Shown here: one piece after another, positions 50,181-62,857 of the stretch
How the letters are laid out: each line of letters opens with the position of its first letter
Numbering within the stretch: position 1 is the stretch's first letter
DNA from: Mobula hypostoma
Lineage: Eukaryota
Assembly: GCF_963921235.1 (NCBI RefSeq)
Contig: NC_086109.1
Coordinates: forward strand, 32,676,001-32,740,000
Reading direction: 5' to 3'
DNA: 64,000 bases
Translations under genes and position numbers: made by a program
Notes under the pieces: model-generated
The model's database searches: none
Told to the model about the DNA's origin: nothing
The model's input: the letters and a program-made list of their open reading frames with translations, nothing else

Positions 50181-50579
50181 GGTTCCTGAGCTCATGGCCT
50201 GTTCATAAATGGAAAGAAACCATTCCTGAACTGTTCAATTTGCTGTACCTCCTCCTTCATGGCAGTACTGAGAAAAGATATTTACAATATATCTATCATT
50301 CTCATACTTCTACACCACGTCACCAATAAACTTCCCACTGAATATGGCAGGACTGCAGAACTTTAATCTGATCTGTTGGTGCTGGGATTTTTCAGCCCTG
50401 CATATTGCATGCTATTTTTTATTGTTTAGCACTCAAATCGTTGTATACTGCAGCTTCACCGGATTGGCACCTCAATTCTAAACACACAAGTGCAGTTCCT
50501 GCCATGCCCTTCTTCTCTCTTCATTAAACCAGGACCGATTTACTGTTGTGATGGTATGGAATCTTGCTTGATTGCATGA

Positions 50580-50835
50580 TTTCCTTAATAAACCATTTAG
50601 GATATCCCAAAATACTTCAGAGCCAAAAGTATTTTCAGAAGCAAGTTTTCACCTCACAGTATGTCCCAAGTATCAATGTAGTAATGACCAGGTAATCTGT
50701 TAAATAATGCTGAGAGACAGATACAAATTTCCCAGGAAAATGAGGATAAGATCCCATCTTCTTTGAAGTAATATATGACATAGATGTTTTGCACCCACCT
50801 GAGCAAAGACCTTAACGTCTCAAAAAAAGACATTT
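50580..50835 (-). mobile_element. Degraded DeuSINE (SacSINE1/AmnSINE1-like)
   Basis: AATGACCAGGTAATCTG...CCCACCTGAG..TTAACGTCTC resembles the recalled Deu domain. Confidence 0.55.
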
Positions 50836-51022
50836 TGGCCATGACATACGGGAAAATTAGCTGGGAGCTTTGTTCTCAAGTTTACCAAGCTTCAAGCTCA
50901 CAGAAAAGAATTCAACTGATTTGGAATGTCTGTCAGGATCTTTTGCGTTGCTTCTTGCAAATACAGAGATAAATACATAAATAAAACACATATTCTCTGG
51001 TACAAGAATGTTTCAAAATCAA

Positions 51023-54000
51023 TGTACAAAAAAGACGGGTTGCACTTGAATCCCCTGGCGGGGAGGTTTGCAAAGGCTACTGAGGAGAGTTTAAACTAGA
51101 ATTGTTGGGGGGTGGGAACTGAACTGAAGAGATTGGGGAAGAGGCGGTTGGCTTACAAATAGAGAAAGCTTGGAGGCAGTGTGTGAGGGAGGATAGGCAG
51201 GTGATGGAGAAGGGACGTGCTCAGACTAACGGTTTCAGGTGTGTCTATTTTAACACAAGGAGTATTGTGAACAAAGCGGATGAGCTTAGAGCATGGATCA
51301 GTACTTGGAGATATGATGTGGTAGCCATTACAGAGACTTGGATGTCTCAAGGACAGGAATGGTTACTTCAATTGCCGGGTTTTAGATGTTTCAGAAAGGA
51401 CAGGGAGGGAGGCAGAAGAGGTGGGGGCATGGCACTATTGATCAGAGATAGTGTCACAGCTGCAGAAAAGGTGGACGTCATGGAGGGATTGTCTCTGTGG
51501 GTGGAGGTTAGGGACAGAAAGGGGTCAATAACTCTAACGGGTGTTTTTTATAGGCCGCCCAATAGGAACAGGGATATCAAAGAGCAGATAGGGAAACAGA
51601 TCCTGGAAAGGTGTAATAATAACAGAGTTGTCATGGTGGGAGATTTTAGTTTCCCAAATATCAATTGGCATCTCCCTAGAGTGAGGGGTTTAGATGGGGT
51701 GGAGTTTGTTAGGTGTGTTCAGGAAGGTTTCTTGACACAATATGTAGATAAGCCTACAAGAGGAGGGACTGTACTTGATCTGGTATTGGGAAATGAACCT
51801 AGTCAGGTGTCAGATCTCTCAGTAGGAGAGCATTTTGGAGATAGTGATCATAATTCTATCTCCTTTACAATGGCATTGGAGAGAGGTAGGAACAGACAAG
51901 TTAGAAAAGCGTTTAATTGGAGTAAGAGGAATTATGAGGCTATCAGGCAAGAACTTGGAAGCTTAAATTGGGAACAGGTGTTCTCAGGGAAAGGTACGGA
52001 AGAAATGTGGCAAATGTTCAGGGGATATTTGAGTGGAGTTCTGCATAAGTATGTTCCAATGAGACAGGGAAGTTATGGTAGAGTAGAGGAACCATGGTGT
52101 ACAAAGGCTGTAGTAAATCTAGTCAAGAAGAAAAGGGAGGCTTACGAAAGGTTCAGAGAGCTAGGTAATGTTAGAGATCTAGAAGATTATAAGGCTAACA
52201 AGAAGGAGCTTAAGAAGGAAATTAGGAGAACCAGAAGGGGCCATGAGAAGGCCTTGGTGACAGGATTAAGGAAAACTCCAAGGCATTCTACAAGTATGTG
52301 AAGAGCAAGAGGATAAGATGTGAAAGAATAGGACCTATCAAGTGTGACAGTGGGAAAGTATGTATGGAACCGGAGGAAATAGCAGAGGTACTTGATGAAT
52401 ACTTGACTTCGGTATTCACTATGGAAAAAGATCTTGGTAATTTTAGTGATGACTTGCAGCGGACTGAAAAGCTTGAGCATGTAGATATTAAGAAAGAGGA
52501 TGTGCTGGAGCTTTTGGAAAGCATCAAGTTGGATAAGTCACTGGGACCGGATGAGATGTACCCCAGGCTACTGTGGGAGGTGAGGGAGGAGATTGCTGAG
52601 CCTCTGGCGATGATCCTTGCATTATCAATGGGGACGGGAGAGGTTCCGGAGGATTGGAGGATTGTGGATGTTGTTCCCTTATTCAAGAAAGGGAGTAGAG
52701 ATAGCCCAGGAAATTATAGACCAGTGAGTCTTACTTCAGTGGTTGGTAAGTTGATGGAGAAGATCCTGAGAGGCAGGATTAATGAACATTTGGAGAGGTA
52801 TAATATGACTAGGAATAGTCAGCATGGCTTTGTCAAGGGCAGGTTGTGCCTTACGAGCCTGATTGAATATTTGAGGATGTGACTAAGCACATTGATGAAG
52901 GAAGAGCAGTAGATGTAGTGTATATGGATTTCAAAAAGGCATTTCATAAGGTACCCCATGCAAGGCTTATTGAGAAAGTAAGGAGATATGGGATCCAAGG
53001 GGATATTGCTTTGTGGATCCAGAACTGGCTTGCCCACAGAAGGCAAAGAGTGGTGTAGACGGGCCATATTCTGCATGGAGGTCAGTGACCAGTGGAGTGC
53101 CTCAGGGATCTGTTCTGGGACCCTTACTCTTCATGATTTTTATAAATGATCTGGATGAGGAAGTGGACGGATGGGTTAGTAAGTTAGCTGATGACACAAA
53201 GGTTGGGGGTGTTGTGGATAGTGTGGAGGGCTGTCAGAGGTTACAGCGGGACTTTGATAGGATACAAAACTAGGCTGAGAAGTGGTAGATGGAGTTCAAC
53301 CAGGTAAGTGTGAGGTGGTTCATTTTGGTTGGTCAAATATGATGGCAGAATACAGCATTAATGGTAAGACTCTTGGCAGTGTGGAGGATCAGAGGGATCT
53401 TGGGGTCCGAGTCCATATGACGCTCAAAGCAGCTGCGTAGGTTGACTCTGTGGTTAAGAAGGAATATGGTGTATTGGCTTTCATCAATTGTGGAATTGAA
53501 TTTAAGAGCCAAGAGGTAATGTTGTAGCCAAATATAAATAGGAGGAGGAGGAGAAGATGGCAGCACAACGCAGCTTGCACGGCCACTCCGGTGAATGATA
53601 TCTGTAATCTGTCAAGTAGGGTGCCGTGCACAATCCTGATTTGATGGAGACAGATGTGAGAGAACGAAGGATCATCTGGAGAAACTTCTGAAATGTCTTT
53701 TTCGCTGCAGCTGTTACTGTGTGATCTAGAATCTCTGGAGGGGAAGGTCACGAGTCCTCAGCTTTGCTTGTGCTCGGCGGCCAGGATGGGATCAAAGCAC
53801 TCGGCAGAGATGGTACTCAGTGTCGAAGGGCTGGTCGGAGGCTCAGAGTTTTCGGATGGACTCAGAGTCAACTGTGGTCGGGTGCTACCAATGCATTGAC
53901 AGTTGTCAGTGCCTGGAGGTTTATGGCAGAGAGAGTTTCTCCCTTCTCCCTTCCCACCTGCTATCAGGGACTACTGGGAGTCGATCGTAACTTTGAGACT

Positions 54001-54765
54001 TTTTTTTACTGTTCCCATGGTCTGCTCTTTATCAAATTATAGTATTGCTTTGCACTGCTGTAACTATATGTTATAATTATGTGGTCTTGTCAGTGTTAGT
54101 CTTTGGTTTGTCTTGTATTTTTTGTGATATCACTCTGGAGGAACATTGTATCATTTCTTAATGCATGCATTTCTAAATGACAATAAATGAGGACTGAGTG
54201 TCCTCATGATCTAATCTAATATAGGACCCTGGTCAGACCCCACTTGGAGTACTGTGCTCAGTTCTGGTCGCCTCACCACAGGAAGGATGTGGAAACCATA
54301 GTATGGGTGCAGAGGAGATCCTGGATTGGGGAGCATGCCTTGTGAAAACAGATTGAGTGAACTCAGCCTTTTCTCCTTGGAGCAACGGAGGATGAGAGGT
54401 GACCTGATAGAGGTGTATAAGATGATGAGAGGTATTGATCATGTGGATTGTCAGAGGCTTTTTCCCAGGGCTGTAATGGCTGCCACAAGAGGGCACAGGT
54501 TTAAGGTGCTTGTGAGTAGGTACAGAGGAGATGTCAGGGGTAAGTTTTTTACGCAGAGAGTGTTGAGTGCGTGAAATGGGCTGCCGGCAGCAGTGGTGGA
54601 GTCGGAAACAACAGGGTCTTTTAAGAGACTTTTGGATAGGTACATGAAGCTTAGAAAAATAGAAGTCTATGGGTAACCCTAGTAATTTCTAAGGTAGGGT
54701 CATGTTCAGCACAACTTTGTGGGCCAAAGGGCCTGTATTTTGCTGTAGGTTTTCTATGTTTCTAT
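51023..54765 (+). mobile_element. CR1 LINE: end of ORF1 (esterase-type) plus disrupted ORF2 plus 3' UTR
   Basis: YKKDGLHLN..LAGRFAKATEESLN* near 51025-51100; [42 protein letters not shown] tail. Confidence 0.92.
53544..54220 (+). mobile_element. Non-coding non-LTR retroelement inserted in CR1
   Basis: AAGATGGC 5' motif; TGACAATAAA, hairpin and (ATCTA)n 3' end; ATAGGA duplicated at the junctions. Confidence 0.7.
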
Positions 54766-55084
54766 CATATAACGGACATTTTATAAATAATGCACAGTTG
54801 ATACCTTAAATTTATGAGGAGAGTGACAGGATAAATGACAAAAACATAACTTTCCAATTAAGAGTTTAGAACTAATGTTTACTATCCCAGAATAAGAAAG
54901 GAATTGCAAAAAATTTTGAATAAGATTATAGTTAATTTTAGCACTGTCGAGCATAAATGAGAGTTAAATCTACTCAATGTACTTAAAGGTCAAAGTCTTT
55001 AAATGGAAGCTTAGCAGCTGAGTACTCAATATTCGGGCCCTTTCATTTTGAAATGTATGTTAATGATTTACACTCAAATGTCTT

Positions 55085-55500
55085 TGGCAGTCGTTCTTCA
55101 ACTCCAGTTCTGTGGGTCATGAGATGGTGCTGAGGCCAATTTGGGACTTGCAGACAGAGAGATAGGAAATATGCTTGACAAGACAAATTGGTGGGTTATT
55201 TAAGATCTGGTGTGTTTCCTCTGCCTCTCACCCTGGGCTTCTCTGTGCTCCTATAACATGGTCTTGAGCCTGTCATTGTTCTCCTGAGTACACCTCTATT
55301 TTGAGTGGTGATGGGTCAGAGATTCCCCTGAGTCAGTGTGAGTGACACGGTGTACTCATTATGGCCAACTGGGTGTAACTGTTGCTTCAAAGCTGGGGAT
55401 GTCAACATTGGAGAAGAGACTGACATTCATCAACCTACTCTGAGTGCATTGGAGGATTTTGCAGAGACAAGATTTGCAGTATTAGCATGAATACCACCTG
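55085..55500 (-). mobile_element. Degraded RTE LINE C-terminal fragment
   Basis: Manual translation gives CLCKILQ..NVSLFSNVDIPS and VCKSQIGLS (RTE CxSRIGL-like). Confidence 0.55.
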
Positions 55501-55689
55501 CTCCCCAAGTCTTGTTTTTCCTTTGGCAATGACGTCTTATCAGTTGTATTGAGTCATGATAATGAAAGCTATTAATAACTGAAGAAATCAATGTGATTTA
55601 CCGAGAGGAAGATAAATTTAAAGTACAGAATGGAAAATCTGATCAGTTAATTTAGAAGTGATAATTAAAGTTTAATCCAGAGCAGAGAG

Positions 55690-57000
55690 AAGCAATATAT
55701 GTGAGAAGATGCACCAGATAATGGAATATATAATAATAACAGAAGTATATTGAGTGTGTGGAAGAACAAAGAGACCTTGATGTGCATGTCTATATATTGT
55801 AATAGGTCACAAGAAAGGTAAATAAGGTGGTTAAAAAAGCATATGCAATTCTTGATTTCTTTTACCAAGGCTCACTATATAAGAGTAGGGAGCTTATGCG
55901 AGAACTGAATGCAGGCCATCCCTCAGTAATGAACTGGTTCATTTTTTACAGTTATTGATTTTGTCCATAAATCAGAAAATACAGAAAAATCACTCAATAT
56001 GGTAGCCATGCTTCTGAATTTATTAATAATATGAGAGCTTGTTTGTATTTGAGGATGCCCGTAAGTCAGGCATTCAGAACCCAGGGACAGCCTGTGAGAT
56101 CAGTTTATGAGCATTGTGGTTCAAAGTTCAAAGTTCAAAATAACTTTATAATCAATGTACATGTATGTCACCATTTACAACCCTGAGACTGATTTTCTTG
56201 CAGGCATACTCAGTAAATCCAACAATCATAATAGAAATAATGAAAGACTGTACCCACCAGGACAGACAAGCAACCAATGATTTGACCAAAGACTGCAGAG
56301 TCATTAGCAAATTTAAATATGGTTGTAGACAATGGGAGACAATGTTATTCCCATGTTAGACAATGGGAGTAATCAAACTGGAGAGAATTCAGAGGAGATT
56401 TTTGATGATGTTGCCAGGACGAGAACATTTCAAAGAAAGGCTCTGTTATTTTCCTCTGAGCAGAGGAGCCTGTGGGGCGATTTAGTGAAGGAATATAACG
56501 TTTTGAAGATTCAATCTACTTTCCAAAATATATGGGTCAAAAGATAGAGATCATAATTTAAACTAATTCGTAGAAGGAAAATAAGGGTGAAGAAGAAAAA
56601 TTTACAGATTGAAAGGGAGTTGGAAACAGAAACCTTCATTCTAGTTAGCTGCTTGGACATGTACTTGAAGAGTTATGAACTGAGAGCTACAGTTGTAGGG
56701 CTGAGGTGTGGAGCTGAACTTGGAAGCATCAATTTGAACAGCACGGGAATGGATCATAAACTTTCCATGACTCTATAAAAGGAAGTTGCTTTACTTCATA
56801 GGTTATGAAGTTTTGGAATTGTCTGAAGCTAGTGGGCTAAAGGTCACAATGAATAAGTATATTCAAGACGGATATTGATGGAGCACTAGATAAAGAGGGC
56901 CAGCAGAAAACAATGGACTTGTGGTTGAAAGCCAGCCATGATCTTATTGAATGGTGGAATGCTATGGAGGGGCTGAATGGCTTACTCCTGTACCTTTCAA
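55690..57000 (+). mobile_element. Old fragmented CR1 pieces with Rex-type 3' inserts
   Basis: EQRSLWGDL; CAGCCATGATCTTATTGAATGG CR1 3' UTR; minus TTCAAAG-type tails at ~56120 and ~57000. Confidence 0.55.
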
Positions 57001-58883
57001 GTTCAAGATTGAGTTTATTGTCACCTGATTGTACATATATGCAACCAAGTGAAATAACTTTCTTCCATCCCACCGTGCACCCACAATGCATTTATCACAC
57101 ATGGCACATAAAACTAATTATCACCACAAATAAGATAATAAAGCATAGTTCAAAATATGTGTGAAGTACACAGCACAGGTGCACAGAACCAGTATGGTCA
57201 ACAGTGAACAGCTTGTTGTCCTAGTGATGGGATCTCAGTGGTGGCAGGATATTCGTTAGTCTCATGTAAGTTAGTTTTATTTTCCATAAGTTACGAGTAT
57301 GATTTAATACTTAACTATACTGGCATTACATACTATTTGCTGTCTCAATAGCGTCACAGCATTGCTCATGGATCTTCAGTGACTCATGGACTGGGTCCTT
57401 CTCTCAGTGTCTTTTTTCCCATTATCTTTCTGGCTTTGGGTGTGGCAACATACTGCTCATTTTGAGACTGGCTACCATCTGTGTAGAAACACACCTGAAG
57501 CTAAACAAAAAGTTCAGTAAATATGCTGTGTATCTATTGTAGAATGTAGTGGGGAAAAATTAAGAAAAGTATAACTTGAGTGTCCTGGTTTGCCAGCTGC
57601 AATCATATAATGAAATTGCGCAAGTTTGCTTTGTGCTGGGTTGTGTGGGAGAGATTTAGAGTTTGGAATGTATGACACACCACATGGTGCTGAACCTATT
57701 GGTTGGATTTCTTTCCACCTTATAGCTACATTTGTGAAATGCAAACGGATAACATAATAAAGAGCTTGTTGGAACTGTGCTGTTCAACAAAAAGGTATAG
57801 TCAGTGGAAAAGGGATGGAAGGAGTCCTTCAATATTTCTGGCTGATTCCATCATTGGTGTTTGCTCAATCCTGCAGTTTTAGTTGGATGATTTAGTGCTG
57901 ATAAGGTTTTGTATTTTGCTCCTCCCTCACACTCAAGTTGAAACAGGTTAGTATATTCAGGAGTGTACATACTGGAGACAGTGAATTAGAACAACTCCGC
58001 TGTCTATTTGCCAAGGATTACTGTGGAACTGCTCTAAAAATAGTTTATATTTCCCCTGCCTGAATACTTCATTTGAAGCTTTTTTAACTTAAGGACACAA
58101 TTTACATAAACAGGTAAGGATATTTATTCTTCACATTTCTATACACTTTGGTTTCCAGAGACTGTTTGCTTTCACAGATCGGGCACACCTTCAGGGAGTC
58201 GCTGTATTATGTCTCTGCCAGTTCACTTTAGTACTTCAAACTGAAGCTGATAAAATATCATTAGGTATTTTAATGGAAGAACAGTTTAGAAGATCAATAG
58301 TTTGTGGCAGTTCTAGTCCTTAATTTCCATGTTAAAACAATAGCAAAATGTTTCTGAATTTATTATAAATCTGATTTGTAGCAAAGAAATTTACACTGAC
58401 AAGATTTAAGAGTAAGTGTGGGGATCTTGTGTTAATTGAGGAAAATCTTAATGGTTTGCTTTTGTGCTTTGAAAATGGGACAAACTAAAGTAGAATTATT
58501 ATTTAAGGAGTGATACTCAGTGCCAGGACAATGACTGGATTTAAGATTGGCCTGTTTTCAGTATTTTTGAGCTAATCGGTTGAATTTCAATCGAGCAGTT
58601 TCCATTCTTGGGAATTTGACATTCATGCCATTGGATTTGTACTGGAGATGTTCACATTTATTTAAATATTACTTTTAATCAGAAGCATACTTGATTCATA
58701 AAACCCTGGTACTAATTAACCTGACTGCATTTACTGTAGGTAACCTTAATCACAAAAAGTAACTGTCCTCCTGGCTGCGTTACTCAATGGCTTTCACTGT
58801 CCACAAACTATAAGTTGCCACAAGCCTTCATCTTCAGAGAAAAGCCAAAGAACATAAATTCTTAATTTAATCAATACCTGACT

Positions 58884-59458
58884 TATAAGACCATAAGTCA
58901 TAGGAGCAGAATTAGACCACTTGGCCCATCAAATCTGCTCTACCATTCCGTTATGGCTGATTTATTGTCCCTCTGAACCCCATTCTCTTACCTCTCCCTG
59001 TAACCTTTGACACTCTTACGAATCAAGAACCTATCAACTGCACTTTAAATATACCCAATGACTTGGCCTCCACAACAATCTGTGGCAATGAATTCCACAG
59101 ATTCACCTTCCTCTGTCTGGAGAAATTCCTCCTCATGTCTGTTCTGAAGGGATGTCCTTCTATTCTGAGTGGTGCCACCTGGTCTCAGACTCCCCAGCTA
59201 CAGGGAACACATCTTCTCCACATCCACCCTATCGAGGTCTTTAAATATTCAATAGGTTTCAATGAAACCACCCCCTCCTCATTCTTCTAAACTCCAGTGA
59301 GTACAGGCCCAGAATTATCAAACGCTCCTCATATGTAAACCCTTTCATTCCTTCAGTCATTCTCGTGAACCTCCTCTGGACCCTCTCCAATGCCAGCACG
59401 TCTCTTTTTAGACTAGGTGCCCAAAACTGCTCACAATACTCCAGGTGCGGTCTGACCA
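58884..59458 (-). mobile_element. CR1 3' fragment
   Basis: VRPHLEYCEQFWAP..LERVQRRFTRM..LEFRRMR. Confidence 0.88.
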
Positions 59459-59679
59459 CCACAATGAACTAGAGATTGTAATAAATTTAAAAAAATAAAT
59501 TATGTTACTTTTTTCTCCGGAAAAATGATTTCAGTCCAGTTGTCTTTCGATACAGAAATAGCACAGCATAGCATAGGACTGCAATTTGAAATATCAAATG
59601 GAAATATTTGGGTTCTTCATTATTTCTGCTGATATTTTGTGCCTCTTATAGTGGCAAAAATTACACAATTCTAATAACA

Positions 59680-59812
59680 AGTCCTGATGAAAGGTCTAGG
59701 CCCAAAACGTTGCCTGTTCATTCATCCATCCATTGATGCTGCCTGGCCTGCTGAGCTCCTCCAGCACTTTGTGTGTGTTGCTCTAGATTTCCAGCATCTG
59801 CAGTACCTCTTG
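59680..59812 (+). repeat. Penelope 3' UTR fragment with a degenerate hammerhead
   Basis: AGTC-CTGATGA-AAGGTCTAGGCCC-AAAA-CGTT (GAAA mutated), then GATGCTGCCTGGCCTGCTG. Confidence 0.7.
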
Positions 59813-61191
59813 GGTCTAATACTGTGTTTTAATGGACAGACTCTCAAAAAAACTGGACTAAATTACTCAATCAAGACAAGTATCTGTGTGATATTTCCCA
59901 TTGAATTTGTCCTGTCAGTGACTAAACAATGATTCAAAGTGATTGAGTAAATACTGTTAGAATTGTACTTCGGAACACTTTGGAATGTTCATAGGGTAAT
60001 CACAGATGAATAGTTTGAACTGCTGACACTGAACTGTTTGCAAGGTAATGTTCTATCATTGTATCCTGTTACTAACAGTAATTGTTTTTTTAAAAAGTGA
60101 GGGTGGAACAGTTTAGCAGCTGCAAAGTGTCAGACAGGACCAGTAAGGTATGGTTGTTGGTGTCTCACACTTACAGCGATAATGAATGTTGTTAAGTCTG
60201 TTGATTAGTGTTTTTCAGCAAGACAATAAACAAACTAAACACACGGCATCTAGCAAACATTTGCAATTTTTATGGCTAATTATTGATAAATTCTTACCAT
60301 GGAAGTACGCGTGTTGGCTATGTGTCTGTCACCTACTGTTTATTGTTTCGCACAAGTTCAAATAGATAGTTTCTCGTATGGGCTCAGCAAGGAATAGTCT
60401 GCAAAAGGAGCAGACCTCTTTGCGAGCTTTTGTCTCGCTGATGAGCAGGTTGCTACTGCAGTAGGGCAGTGTCACCACAACTCACTCACTTCCTGCCACC
60501 AAGGTTCTCGCTGTGACCGACCCTTTCGCTGTTAATAAGGCAGCACATAAAAGGTGATAACTCACCAGGAATAACATTTGTGTCAGAAGCCTCATTAAAG
60601 TTTATAAGTGTTTAAACTTCAACATGGGCATGTGCTTTCTTTTGGCGGGCAGTGGTGTGCTTAGAATGGGCTGTGCTGGGAGATTAAGTGAAGTGGGACG
60701 ATAGTTTAGCAGTGAAATCACAAATTAGCTCTCTATATTCTTCAGGGGATTTTGTAACTTTGTGAGCCCTGCTGTGATATAAGTGAGTTCTGATATGACA
60801 TCTGAGGAACATTGATCTTTGTGGACTGGTATCTTCTCCTACTGGAGGGGGAGGGGCCGGGTTGGGGGAGGAGGCCACTTGATTATTGTGGCAGCCCTAC
60901 TGATGCATTGGAATGCAGCAGAACAGAATGAAAAGCATTGATTATGACCGTAAAGTGTGAAAAGGCATTGAATGGTTTATTCTTGTAAATACGAGGGGTA
61001 ATTGATAAATTCATGTCCTAAGGTAGAAGGAGTCAATTTTAGAAAACCTAGCGCATTTATTTTTCAACATAGTCCCCTCCTACATTTTAACGCAAACAAC
61101 AGGAATTCTGCAGATGCTGGAAATGCAAGCAACACACATCATAGTTGCTGGTGAACACAGCAGGCCAGGCAGCATCTGTAGGAAGAGGTGC

Positions 61192-61227
61192 AGTCGACGT
61201 TTCAGGCCGAGACCCTTCGTCAGAACT
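61192..61227 (-). ncRNA. Minimal type I hammerhead ribozyme motif
   Basis: AGTT-CTGACGA-AGGGTCTCGGCCT-GAAA-CGTC-GACT; stem I AGUU/GACU fully pairable. Confidence 0.75.
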
Positions 61228-62318
61228 AACTGAAGGAAGAGTGAGTAAGGGATTTGAAAGTTGGAGGGGGAGGGGGAGATCCAAAATGATAGGAGAAGAC
61301 AGGAGGGGGAGGGATAGAGCCGAGAGCTGGACAGGTGATAGCCAAAAGGGGATACGAGAGGATCATGGGACAAGAGGTCCGGGAAGAAAGACAAGGGGCG
61401 GGGGGGGGGACCCAGAGGATGGGCAAGAGGTATATTCAGAGGGACAGAGGGAGAAAAAGGAGAGTGAGAGAAAGAATGTGTGCATAAAAATAAGTAACAG
61501 ATGGGGTACGAGGGGGAGGTGGGGCCTTAGCGGAAGTTAGAGAAGTCGATGTTCATGCCATCAGGTTGGAGGCTACCCAGACGGAATGTAAGGTGTTGTT
61601 CCTCCAACCTGAGTGTGGATTCATCTTTACAGTAGAGGAGGCCGTGGATAGACATGTCAGAATAGGAATGGGATGTGGAATTAAAATGTGTGGCCACTGG
61701 GAGATCCTGCTTTCTCTGGCCGACAGAGCGTAGATGTTCAGCAAAGCGGTCTGCTGGTGAACGCAGCAGGCCAGGCAGCATCTGTAGGAAGAGGTGCAGT
61801 ACCGCTTTGCTGCATCTACGCTCTGTCCGCCAGAGAAAGCAGGATCTCCCATGGTCACACATTTTAATTCCACATCCCATTCCTATTCTGACATGTCTAT
61901 CCACGGCCTCCTCTACTGTAAAGATGAATCCACACTCAGGTTGGAGGAACAACACCTTACATTCCGTCTGGGTAGCCTCCAACCTGATGGCATGAACATC
62001 GACTTCTCTAACTTCCACTAAGACCCCACCTCCCCCTCGTACCCCATCTGTTACTTATTTTTATGCACACATTCTTTCTCTCACTCTCCTTTTTCTCCCT
62101 CTGTCCCTCTGAATATACCTCTTGCCCATCCTCTGGGTCCCCCCCCACCCCTTGTCTTTCTTCCTGGACCTCCTGTCCCATGATCCTCTCGTATCCCCTT
62201 TTGCTAATCACCTGTCCAGCTCTTGGCTCTATCCCTCCCCCTCCTGTCTTCTCCTATCATTTTGGATCTCCCCCTCCCTCTCCAACTTTCAAGTCCCTTA
62301 CTCACTCTTCTTTCAGTT

Positions 62319-62354
62319 AGTCCTGACGAAGGGTCTCGGCCTGAAACGTCAACT
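62319..62354 (+). ncRNA. Minimal type I hammerhead ribozyme motif
   Basis: AGTC-CTGACGA-AGGGTCTCGGCCT-GAAA-CGTC-AACT. Confidence 0.7.
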
Positions 62355-62857
62355 GCACCTCTTCCTACAGATGCTGCCTGGCCTGCTGTGTTCACCAGCA
62401 ACTTTGATGTGTGTTGCCCCTCCTACATTTACAGACTTAGTCCAGCGGTCGTGGAGCATACGAATCTTGGACTTCCAGAAAGTGTCCACAGCAGGGGTGA
62501 TCGATAAGTTCGTGGCCTAAGGTAGAAGGAGATGAGTTATACAGCTCCTGTTACATACACATGCAATTCAACTCTTTGAGTGATTATGCAGGAAGTTTGA
62601 GGTTAATAACTCATCAGTTAATAACTCATCGGGAAGATTGATAGGTTCATGGCCTAAGGTAGAAGGAGATGAGTTATTTGTGTGTATTGTAAATATCGTA
62701 ATATTTTATTATGAAAAAAGTTTATTTTGTTAAAAATCAATTATTAAGTTTAAATGTGACAAGTTCACAAAAACCCACATTTATCCATTAATCTCATCTT
62801 AATAAAATTACACAAAACGTTGTGACAAAGTTAAAGAAAATGATAAGTAGATATAGT

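Larger units (their letters stand above)
61088..62416. mobile_element. Palindromic Penelope-like insertion (two inverted GIY-YIG C-terminus plus 3' UTR arms)
   Basis: Arms 61088-61750 (minus) and 61801-62416 (plus); 14-bp TSD CCCCTCCTACATTT at 61074-61087 and 62417-62430. Confidence 0.92.
60990..62678. mobile_element. Mariner-like non-autonomous element, host of the Penelope palindrome
   Basis: TACGAGGGG start; ~30-bp motif GATAAGTTCGTGGCCTAAGGTAGAAGGAG present three times; opposite TIR not found. Confidence 0.55.

Noticed and set aside
58150..58260. Splice-acceptor-like TTTGCTTTCACAG as a host exon start
   Set aside because: No recognisable protein in any frame and no convincing donor
61003..62668. 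Repeated ~30-bp motif as a CRISPR-like array
   Set aside because: Only three irregularly spaced copies, eukaryotic transposon context, no cas genes
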